Source: a virus. From it: 64,000 nt of DNA. Position 1 is the first letter of the stretch. The number at the start of each line of letters is the position of its first letter. Position numbers and translations under genes: made by a program. The stretch covers positions 1 to 64,000 of the IMG/VR virus record IMGVR_UViG_3300043811_000050; one strand, 5' to 3'. The notes under the pieces were generated by a model. It saw only the letters and a list, made by a program, of their open reading frames with translations, was not told where the DNA came from and did no database searches. This document shows positions 55,941 through 64,000 of the stretch, in pieces.

Positions 55941-57574
55941 CCATAGTCGCATTTTTGTTGCTCGGTCTCCTGGCACCCCGCGAGGCGTCGGCGCAGCTTG
56001 TGCCGCACGGTTTTCCATCAGCGTTTAGCGGTGGAGGCGGCCTAACCCAGACGAGCTATTACGTCAACAACAGCGGTAGTGATTCTAGCCCTGGTACCGT
56101 TGGCAGCCCATGGCAGACACTCACCAAGGTCAATGGCTTCACGTTTCCAACGAATTCGACCATTTTTTTCGCGGGTGGTCAGTCATTCTCCGGCACGCTT
56201 GAGATAGGAACCGGGTTCGTAACGGGGGCGCAGTTCAGCGGCACTTTAACGGTCGATTCCTATGGCACTGGACGGGCTACCATAAATGCCGGAACCGGCG
56301 ACGGCTTCTATATTATAAATGTTGGAAACGTGACTATTCAAGACCTGATCTTTACGGCATCGGGAGGCGCGAACAATCTCGGAGGGTATGTCACCAATTC
56401 TCAGGCCGGCAACACGCAACTTAGTAACGTCCTGCTAAACAACCTTGATGTGAGCGGATTCGACAAGGCACAGATAGTCCTTGGCGGCGATGCTGGGACT
56501 TCTGGGTTTACGAACTTCTCGCTGACAAACAGCGTTCTGCACGGCGCGGGGAATAGTGGATTCCAATCCTACGGCAGCGTAAGCGGAAGCTACTCGCACT
56601 ACAATGTCACGCTCACGAATGTCACCACGTATGATATCCCTGGCCACAGCGGAGTTGGCTCCGGAAGCGGAATAGTGTTGGGAGAGGTCGATGGCGCGAC
56701 CGTCCAAAACAGCCTGTCCTATGGCAACGGCACTATTGGTTTAGGGGGCGTCGGCATCTGGACCTATGACTCGAACAACATCCATTTCGTCGAGAACGAG
56801 TCACATCACAATACTAGCACCAGCGGCGACGGCGACGGGTTCGACTTCGATGGTGGAATAACTAACTCTCTTATGGAGAAAAACTATTCTCATGATAACA
56901 AGGGCAGTGGTTTCTTGCTATATGCGTATGCTGGTTTGCCATGGAGCAGTAACACTCTTCGGGATAATATCTCTCAGAATGATGGTTCTGGGGGAGCTAG
57001 CGGCATATATATTGGAAATGATGGCACGGCGGTTCAGACGGGCGCGTCGATCTACAATAATACGGTATACAATTCGAGTGGCCGCGAATGTCTTGCGATT
57101 GGCGTAGGTACCTCTTCCAATAACATCACCGCCCTTATCGCAAACAACATTTTCAATTGCGATTCAACTCCGCTGGTCGCCACTGCAGCGACATTGACAG
57201 GATCGTCAGTATCTCTACTCACCAACGACTATTATGCGCCGACATCGTTTTCCATTACGTGGTTGGGAGCGACCTATACCAGTTTTGCCTCATGGCAGAC
57301 GGCTACAGGGCAAGAGAAGATCAGTGGGACGAACGTCGGGCTTACGTCGAACCCATTGTTGTCCGGTGCCGGGAGCGGCGGAACGTGCGGGGGATGGTCG
57401 GCGACATGCCCGTCGCAGTACGAGCTGACCTCCGGTTCGCCAATGATTGGCACCGGGCTCAACCTGACATTGTCTCCCTATAGTCTGGTAGTTGGGACAA
57501 GTGACTACTACACTAATACGATCCCGAATGGGACTGGCACTGGCTATAATGTCGGCGCATACGGGGCACCATGA
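55925..57574 (+). CDS. Exported right-handed beta-helix (pectate-lyase-like) protein
   Basis: Signal ending ASA|Q; YYV...G.D...G....PW.T and DGDGFDFD..N.SHDN repeats. Confidence 0.8.
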   Translation: MHKILTIVAFLLLGLLAPREASAQLVPHGFPSAFSGGGGLTQTSYYVNNSGSDSSPGTVGSPWQTLTKVNGFTFPTNSTIFFAGGQSFSGTLEIGTGFVTGAQFSGTLTVDSYGTGRATINAGTGDGFYIINVGNVTIQDLIFTASGGANNLGGYVTNSQAGNTQLSNVLLNNLDVSGFDKAQIVLGGDAGTSGFTNFSLTNSVLHGAGNSGFQSYGSVSGSYSHYNVTLTNVTTYDIPGHSGVGSGSGIVLGEVDGATVQNSLSYGNGTIGLGGVGIWTYDSNNIHFVENESHHNTSTSGDGDGFDFDGGITNSLMEKNYSHDNKGSGFLLYAYAGLPWSSNTLRDNISQNDGSGGASGIYIGNDGTAVQTGASIYNNTVYNSSGRECLAIGVGTSSNNITALIANNIFNCDSTPLVATAATLTGSSVSLLTNDYYAPTSFSITWLGATYTSFASWQTATGQEKISGTNVGLTSNPLLSGAGSGGTCGGWSATCPSQYELTSGSPMIGTGLNLTLSPYSLVVGTSDYYTNTIPNGTGTGYNVGAYGAP

Positions 57575-60150
57575 GAAAAATCGCCATAGCTATTATTTTC
57601 TTTCTCGCTGTTTTCGGCGCGTTGCCGTCACATGCGCAGTTCAACGGCTGCGCGCCGGGGTTCTGTGGCTCGTATCCGCTTTCCACGGCAGGATGCACGT
57701 CAGCTTCTACATATATCGGCCCTGGAGACAAACAGGCTTACGCTATTTGGGCAGGGGTACGGGCCTACTCGCACGCGACGTGTGGAAAGCCGGCGCTGAA
57801 TGTCTGCGACAGCACGGGCGGCTCGGACGTGTCTTGCGCTGATCTGGTAACCGACACCACGACAGGACTGATCGTCGCCAAGGCGATGCCGCCGCCTAGC
57901 TCGATCACATGCGGAGCCGTGCACAATCCTAACTGCACCGTGAAGATCATCTATGATCAGACGGGCAACAACGCCTGCGGCGGCCCGTGCAATGCCACTC
58001 AGAACACGGTGGCGAATAGATACTACATTGACAGCTACTCTAGCTGCAGCGGGCTCTCGGCGACCATTTGCCTGTACAGCAACGTGGCGACGTCCGGCGG
58101 GTACACCATGCCTGGCTCTGCCACGTTCTCGCAGCCCTATGCGATTGAGATAATCGCATACACCGCGAACGCTAGCGCTCTCAATATCTTCATGCAGGTT
58201 AACGATACTAGGTTGTATTTTCAGACTTCATCCTCCGGCGACATCATCAGCGCGTGCGACTATACGAGTTTCGCGACGACTAATATCTACTCGAACGTGC
58301 CGACTGACTTGGTATCAACCTGCGTCGGGGGGGTAAATTCCCTGTATCAGCAGGGCGTCGTGAGCGGCAATACTGGCTCGGGCGGCGCGACGACTCAGGC
58401 AGGGACGCCGTCCGTCCTGCAAAACTCGTCGTCGCCGGTTAACTTCTGGGAGTACGGGTTTATCAACGGCAACCCGATTTCGAATATCCCAACGATACAT
58501 ATGGCTGCTTGTACGTTCTATGGATACACTTGTGGCGGTTCGGGATGTACTGCGGCTACTGCTTGGCTGGCGCGCACGTCTGGGCTCAGTATGACCGAGA
58601 CCAATGCCTATACTACCATGATCTGTGGCATGATTGCGGATGGAAACGGATGTGCGGCATGGAGCGGCAGCAGTGGCACTATGGACCTGCTTTACGTTTT
58701 TGCCACGAACACGACGACTACGGCAAATTTGAATCTGTGCGGGACCGGAAATACTCTGACTCAATCAGGAACCGTTACGTTCCTTGCCGATAACTATTAT
58801 CAAGGGAACGGGTCTACGGGATACTTTGATACCGGCCTGATACTTCCATCGACCGACTTCACCCAAAACAGTGCATCACTTGGAACCTATGTTCTCAACA
58901 ACAGAACCAGCACGAGCCTTTCGTACTGCGAAATTGGACATCCGACGGGGATATTTATAGCGCCGGACAACAACGCGGGCGGATATGAACAGTCCTTGCT
59001 AGAGGTAACAGGTGACTCGGCTGCAGGTCAAACTTCTGCGCAGGGCGCGTGGATTGCAACAAGAACTGCAAGTAATGCAGTTGCTGGATATAAAAATGGA
59101 AGTTCCACGCCGATTTTGACAGGAACAACTGCGAGCGTGAGTTTTAGTGGGTCATACAGCATCTACGTTTCTTCTTGTCGCTTTGGTGCTGGCCAAACCG
59201 CGTCCAATTGGTCTGCCGATCAGATCGCTGCCACCTTTGTCGGTGGAGCACTCACCGCAACCCAAGCTGTGGCTATCAATAATCGAATTAACGCCTACAT
59301 GACTGCGCTCGGGATCAACGTGTATTCGGCGAGTTGCAGTGGCTACCAGGGTGCTGGAGATATAATTCCGTCTGCATCGGCCGGGTTCTCAGTACAGGCG
59401 TGGTCGGTGGCGACATGCGGCAGCAAGGTTGCAAATGTATGCGTGTCCGGGGTTTGCGCGGACATGTTGTCTAGTGCGATAAATGGACAGCTTGTTTCGC
59501 AGAACATCAACGGGACTGTGTGCCCGGCCACGAGTACGACTGCGTGCGTCGTTGAAAAGTGGTACGACCAGACGGCGAGTGGGCAGTGCTCGGGAAGCTG
59601 CGATCTTGGCCAATACATGACCAACCCATATATGGTCCTGACGACAGCATGTCCGAGCCCGATTACTGTTTGCTTGATAAGCAACAGCACTGGGACTGCT
59701 GCAATTAATGCAGCGGCCGGAAACATAACCTTGCCGGTTCCGGTCACAACCATGGTCGCTGGAGCCATAGCTAGCACCGGAGCGGGAAGTTTCAATCAAT
59801 ACTTTGCCGTGAGCAATGGCGCACAAATAACCGCTGATGGCGGGGCAGCCAACACCGTCGATTTTAGTTGTAACGCCTTTGGGACTTCGCATTCAAATCC
59901 CACGACCGATGGCGTATTTCATTCCCTTCTTTTGGAATGCGATAGCACGACATATGGCATTTGGGTAAACGGGTCAGCTGGGACCTCATCGTCATGGACA
60001 TCAGCTTCAGAAACCGGATTTCCATACGCTGGATACACTGCCACACCAAGTCAAGCGGTGTATCTTGTCGAAGCAGGCATTTGGAAAAGTGGCGCGTCCG
60101 CTAGCGCAGCGGCTTTATACACCAACCAGCACACAAGGTTCGGGTTCTGA
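57571..60150 (+). CDS. Exported Cys-rich multidomain lectin/arabinofuranosidase-B-like protein
   Basis: Signal ending SHA|Q; two G.GD...RA.S...C...YDQT domains flanking a ConA/LamG-like domain; about 34 Cys. Confidence 0.65.
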   Translation: MRKIAIAIIFFLAVFGALPSHAQFNGCAPGFCGSYPLSTAGCTSASTYIGPGDKQAYAIWAGVRAYSHATCGKPALNVCDSTGGSDVSCADLVTDTTTGLIVAKAMPPPSSITCGAVHNPNCTVKIIYDQTGNNACGGPCNATQNTVANRYYIDSYSSCSGLSATICLYSNVATSGGYTMPGSATFSQPYAIEIIAYTANASALNIFMQVNDTRLYFQTSSSGDIISACDYTSFATTNIYSNVPTDLVSTCVGGVNSLYQQGVVSGNTGSGGATTQAGTPSVLQNSSSPVNFWEYGFINGNPISNIPTIHMAACTFYGYTCGGSGCTAATAWLARTSGLSMTETNAYTTMICGMIADGNGCAAWSGSSGTMDLLYVFATNTTTTANLNLCGTGNTLTQSGTVTFLADNYYQGNGSTGYFDTGLILPSTDFTQNSASLGTYVLNNRTSTSLSYCEIGHPTGIFIAPDNNAGGYEQSLLEVTGDSAAGQTSAQGAWIATRTASNAVAGYKNGSSTPILTGTTASVSFSGSYSIYVSSCRFGAGQTASNWSADQIAATFVGGALTATQAVAINNRINAYMTALGINVYSASCSGYQGAGDIIPSASAGFSVQAWSVATCGSKVANVCVSGVCADMLSSAINGQLVSQNINGTVCPATSTTACVVEKWYDQTASGQCSGSCDLGQYMTNPYMVLTTACPSPITVCLISNSTGTAAINAAAGNITLPVPVTTMVAGAIASTGAGSFNQYFAVSNGAQITADGGAANTVDFSCNAFGTSHSNPTTDGVFHSLLLECDSTTYGIWVNGSAGTSSSWTSASETGFPYAGYTATPSQAVYLVEAGIWKSGASASAAALYTNQHTRFGF

Positions 60151-62804
60151 TGAATAGGGTCATTGCTCTCATCGTCTGTGCGCTGTTTGTCCTGGGCGCT
60201 GCGGCCCATGCGCAGTTTAACCCCGGCGGCAGCGGTGGAGGCGGAGGCGGAGGCGGAGGCAGCAGCACCCCCTTTGGGAACTTCATTGATCCGACCGTAC
60301 TGTTCAATGCTGACACGACCGGTACAGCCACCACCGGGACGATCACGAACGGTACTAACTCGCTGAGCGTCGCGAGCGCCACTACATGGCTCAATGGGCA
60401 AGGCATCGCGATCGCCAATGCAGGTCCGAGCGCCACCTTCACCGGGACGGCGGGGATTACGACCATCACGGCCGCTGGTGAGTCGGTTACGGTGCCCTCC
60501 CTTACCGTGTCGGCTGTGACCGGTACAATAACAGCGGGGATGCTAGTCTCCGGGACGGGGGTGCCTGCTGGAACCTACATCGGTCAGCAGACGAGTGGCA
60601 CGACCGGAGGGGCCGGTGTCTACGTCGTAAGTGCGACGACGACGGCCAGCGCCGCAAGCTTGGCCGGAAAGACAGAACTGATTGGCTGCGTCGGATCGAT
60701 ATCTGGGACCACGTTCACCATCGTCACTTGCGGCACAACCACAGCGCTCAACGCCTCGGCCACGGCGACGACACAGGCAGTCAACCACGACGACACCTAT
60801 GCGCTCGGGCAGGCTATAGCGCTGGCGGCCCCTGGACCACCCAAGCGCCCGATCAATCTCCCCTGTGGCACCTATAATGTGACCAGCACGCTCGTACTTG
60901 CTTATCCGATAAACATATTCGGAGAGGGAAGGGTGTGCGCCACCATACAGAATCGCGGCACGACAGATGATGTTTTGAAATTGACTAATAACTACACCAC
61001 CGGCGGCGGCCTGACGCTGCGAGATTTTGCTGTCTCCCAGGCTTCCGGGATTACCCCGACCAACGGGTACGGAATAAATCTGGCAGCCGCCGGGGGAGAT
61101 TGCATGTCTCAGGCACAGCCGCAGACGCACATATTCGATATGTATATCAGCGGCACATATGGGGGGATGAACATGGGGCCGGGTGTGTTAAATAGTTGGT
61201 TCAAGGACATGACTATTTATGGCTTGGGCCTTGGTCAGGCTATTTTTTATAATAATCCTCCACCATGCGGTGACAATGTTGTTGATGGTGTGTTCATGGG
61301 GGGTAACACTACATCCGGCCTTATTATAGCTACAGCCGACACCATATCATTTGTCAACAATAAAATCCTCAATTCTCAGTTGAAATTTGTGGCCGCCACT
61401 AGTTCCATCAGCGCCGCTATGCCGATCATAGACCGAGTACGAGTGGAAAACTTAAGCATTGAGGTAAACCCCGGTGGTCCGTCCTGTCTGATCGATTTTG
61501 GCACAAACGGTGTTTACCAAGTCATACTCATTGGAGGTGAGGCTGGCGGATCGGACGGCCAGTCGGCGCTGTTCTGCAACGCCAACAACAATATGAATGG
61601 CTATGTTTCAGGAATGGTCTCTGCTGGAACCAGCGATTATGCGGAAGGCGCCGTTAACGCGGAGTGGCCTGCCCCCATATTCCAAGGCTGTGGTACCAAT
61701 GGCACAGCCGTGGGAAGCGCCCTGAGCGGCACTGTCACCATGACGTGCTCGATGGGCAGCAACATGGCGATGCGGTTTGGTGTTCCAGCGACCACCAGTA
61801 ATGGAGCGACCATTGTAGTCCCAACGGTGAACTCAGGGTGGACATGCAGCGTCCAAGATGCGACTACCCCGGCCAATAGTTTTGTCCAGACTGGATGGAC
61901 GATTAATATAGCGTTCTTCAAGAACATAACGGCAGGTAGCGGCGATCAACTAACGTATGCCTGTCACCGGGGTGGGCCAAATCTACCTCCTTCGTGCTGG
62001 GGCCCTGGCGATATTGCTCCTGCTCTCGCTTGGCATGGGCTGCGGGCTTATTCGTCGGCTACTTGTGGCGCTCGGTTTGCCAACGTGTGCGTTAGCGGCG
62101 TGTGCGCGGACATGGTGACAAGTTCGACCACGGGTGCGGTGGTGCCCCAGGTGATCAACAGTGTCACTTGTCCAAATTCGTCCGGCACCTGCAAGGTGGC
62201 GAAATTGTACGATCAGACTCTCGGGAGCCAGTGCACCGGGTCGTGCGATCTAGCTCAGTCCGTCACAGCGGACCAATTTGAATTTATTACTTCGACGCCT
62301 CCTTCTGGAATCTGTAAGAGTGCATCACTGTGCCTTTATGACCCAGGGACGGCCGGAACTATCAATATGCTAAGTGCCGGGTCGGCTAGTATGTCGTTGC
62401 CATTCTCACTTGAATATGTCGGGTATATGAACACGACATCTGCAGCTCCCACACTAATTTCGATAGGAAGCGCTGGGATAGTCAATGATGGGGTCAACGC
62501 AAATCACTACTATTACTCGTGTAATTTTACCAATGGTAATGGAGCGCTCGATCTGCTGTCCACTCAGTTGTACCCTTTTATACTTACCTGTCCAGAGGCT
62601 AACACGAGCACACTGACCGCTTATGGTGTCATTATGCAGACTGTGGCATTTGGATCGGCTGGTACACAGAGCGGTCAGCTGGTGCTGGGGTCGGCGAATA
62701 ATGTGCCCAAGATTGTCGTGGAGGACGGCTTCTGGAACAGCGATCAAACTATTAACACGCCATTGCTCGGGTCCAATACGACTGCGTTCTGGGGCATCCT
62801 ATGA
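60150..62804 (+). CDS. Exported tailspike-like beta-helix protein with C-terminal Cys-rich YDQT domain
   Basis: Signal ending AHA|Q; DDT.A...AI......LP.G.Y......G.G pectate-lyase-3-like start; third copy of the YDQT domain. Confidence 0.7.
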   Translation: MNRVIALIVCALFVLGAAAHAQFNPGGSGGGGGGGGGSSTPFGNFIDPTVLFNADTTGTATTGTITNGTNSLSVASATTWLNGQGIAIANAGPSATFTGTAGITTITAAGESVTVPSLTVSAVTGTITAGMLVSGTGVPAGTYIGQQTSGTTGGAGVYVVSATTTASAASLAGKTELIGCVGSISGTTFTIVTCGTTTALNASATATTQAVNHDDTYALGQAIALAAPGPPKRPINLPCGTYNVTSTLVLAYPINIFGEGRVCATIQNRGTTDDVLKLTNNYTTGGGLTLRDFAVSQASGITPTNGYGINLAAAGGDCMSQAQPQTHIFDMYISGTYGGMNMGPGVLNSWFKDMTIYGLGLGQAIFYNNPPPCGDNVVDGVFMGGNTTSGLIIATADTISFVNNKILNSQLKFVAATSSISAAMPIIDRVRVENLSIEVNPGGPSCLIDFGTNGVYQVILIGGEAGGSDGQSALFCNANNNMNGYVSGMVSAGTSDYAEGAVNAEWPAPIFQGCGTNGTAVGSALSGTVTMTCSMGSNMAMRFGVPATTSNGATIVVPTVNSGWTCSVQDATTPANSFVQTGWTINIAFFKNITAGSGDQLTYACHRGGPNLPPSCWGPGDIAPALAWHGLRAYSSATCGARFANVCVSGVCADMVTSSTTGAVVPQVINSVTCPNSSGTCKVAKLYDQTLGSQCTGSCDLAQSVTADQFEFITSTPPSGICKSASLCLYDPGTAGTINMLSAGSASMSLPFSLEYVGYMNTTSAAPTLISIGSAGIVNDGVNANHYYYSCNFTNGNGALDLLSTQLYPFILTCPEANTSTLTAYGVIMQTVAFGSAGTQSGQLVLGSANNVPKIVVEDGFWNSDQTINTPLLGSNTTAFWGIL

Positions 62805-64000
62805 GCCGCAAGCGCTGTCCTTACGGGCCGACGAGCGAGGCTGACGCCGCCGCGCTGCGGGCGGCAAAGGAAAAGCGTTTTCTCGACGAGCGCCTCGCAC
62901 ATTTAATGTGGGGGCAAAAAGTTCTGACTGCGGCGAAGGCCACGGCGCTGGGCGCACTCGCGCTTGCCAGTGTGGCGTTCGTTGCGTTGCCGTCCGACAG
63001 GGTTTCCCGAAGAACGGCGCTGGGCGCACTCGCCAGTGTGGCGCTCATTGCGTTGCCGTCCGACAGGGCCGAGGCTTGGTTTCCTCACGGTACAGCCAGC
63101 GGCCCGCCTCCGATGACGCCGCAGTGGCCCGTGGCCCTGGGCGGATATACTAACTATTGGGTCGCTGATCCAAGCGCCGGGGGGAATGATACCACCAATA
63201 CCGGAACAAGCATGTCGTCGCCGTGGGCGACTGTTTCTAAGGTTAACACCGCGCTGGCTGGAGCAACGGGGAACGTTGCTGTAAACTTTCTTAGCACGTT
63301 TACCTATCAATGCCCGCTCAACGGGGCCGTACTCACTCCGTCCGGGACGACTAACTTTGCGTATCGTGGGTTGGTCGGCGCGACGACCCCTCCGATAATC
63401 TCAGCCAACGGCGTGGCCAGCAATCTCGGGATGGTTCGCACCGGAAGTGGTGTGCTTTTGGAGGGCATATCATTCCAAGGAAACTCAAACTCGTATGGGG
63501 TAGTGACAGGCGGGTCTGGTCTGGAAATTTCCCATTGCTGGGTTCAGAGTTTCCCTGTGGCAGGCGGCGGTGGGGTCGCTATTGCGGTTAACAACACGAA
63601 TACAAACATTCATGACTCTGTAATAGGTGGTCTAAGCCCGACCGACCAAACCAGTGTTGGTGTCATATATAACGCTGTCAGTGGTTCGGTTCTAAAGAAC
63701 AATACCATAGGGTATTGTGGTGGTAACCAAGCTAATCCAACACAGTATGGATTTGGCGTCCACACAACGGACAGCACGCTCACAGGAGTCCCCGGATTTA
63801 CATATTCCGGTGGCGTTCCTACCAACGCCCTTTTGGAAATAGCCTTTAACATAGTTCATGACTGCGGGGGGAATCTTACTTCGACGTTCGGTGGCGGCCC
63901 CAGCGGGATTGAGCTGGGCGGCGGTAATCGTCTATGGTGCCACGACAACATCGTTTATAACATACAGTCTGTGTCGTCGTTTACGGGTGGAACTGACTTT
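62801..64000 (+). CDS. Exported beta-helix protein (3'-truncated by the window; absent from the ORF track)
   Basis: Frame open from ATG 62801 to the end; SRRTALGALASVALIALPSDRAEA|WFPHG; G.D..N.G.....PW.T..KVN as in 55925..57574. Confidence 0.75.
   Translation, partial: MSRKRCPYGPTSEADAAALRAAKEKRFLDERLAHLMWGQKVLTAAKATALGALALASVAFVALPSDRVSRRTALGALASVALIALPSDRAEAWFPHGTASGPPPMTPQWPVALGGYTNYWVADPSAGGNDTTNTGTSMSSPWATVSKVNTALAGATGNVAVNFLSTFTYQCPLNGAVLTPSGTTNFAYRGLVGATTPPIISANGVASNLGMVRTGSGVLLEGISFQGNSNSYGVVTGGSGLEISHCWVQSFPVAGGGGVAIAVNNTNTNIHDSVIGGLSPTDQTSVGVIYNAVSGSVLKNNTIGYCGGNQANPTQYGFGVHTTDSTLTGVPGFTYSGGVPTNALLEIAFNIVHDCGGNLTSTFGGGPSGIELGGGNRLWCHDNIVYNIQSVSSFTGGTDF
62942..63068 (+). repeat. Tandem duplication of signal-peptide coding sequence
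   Basis: 62942-63002 and 63014-63068 are near-identical (TALGAL..ASVA..ALPSDR twice). Confidence 0.85.

Noticed and set aside
1-64000. Genome-wide TAG recoding
   Set aside because: Only one suspicious in-frame TAG; other TAGs (20280, 36417, 39681) end complete proteins right before the next gene
52345-64000. Diversity-generating retroelement acting on the adhesin-like genes
   Set aside because: No reverse transcriptase and no TR/VR pair with adenine-specific mismatches visible; paralogous domains are broadly diverged
1-64000. Long antisense and alternate-frame ORFs (e.g. 22323..23273, 52600..53550, 46101..46886)
   Set aside because: Shadow ORFs of GC-rich genuine genes, with no motifs or RBS
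1-64000. Prophage or temperate lifestyle
   Set aside because: No integrase, CI-like repressor, partition genes or host flanks in the window; cannot be excluded for the unseen part

Overview
This window is most of a tailed dsDNA phage genome with a contractile tail (myovirus-type sheath, tube and baseplate genes). The host is probably an alphaproteobacterium, based on a GcrA-family gene and CTTG-type promoters. The late operon is split across the window ends. Bases 1-16.4 kb encode neck, tail and baseplate; 16.5-23.2 kb a lysis and membrane-protein cassette ending in a strong terminator. Bases 23.3-29.7 kb hold leftward early genes: a beta-clamp-like protein, a DNA methyltransferase, a PD-(D/E)XK nuclease, two wHTH proteins and a pentapeptide-repeat protein, under three promoters that share a palindromic operator. 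Bases 29.7-44.2 kb hold replication genes: SSB-like protein, frameshift-split primase, exonuclease, UvrD and SNF2 helicases, GcrA and a family A polymerase. Bases 44.25-45.1 kb are non-coding, with a three-hairpin RNA candidate and an AT-rich inverted-repeat region. NusG-like regulator, TerS, TerL, portal (with a fused pyrophosphatase-like domain) and MuF follow. From 52.3 kb to the window end, at least nine consecutive genes inside the head module all carry export signal peptides, and several encode Cys-rich or beta-helix carbohydrate-active-like proteins; this is the main candidate novel system. No capsid, integrase, tRNA or CRISPR is visible. All family assignments come from motif recognition by eye, not from database searches.
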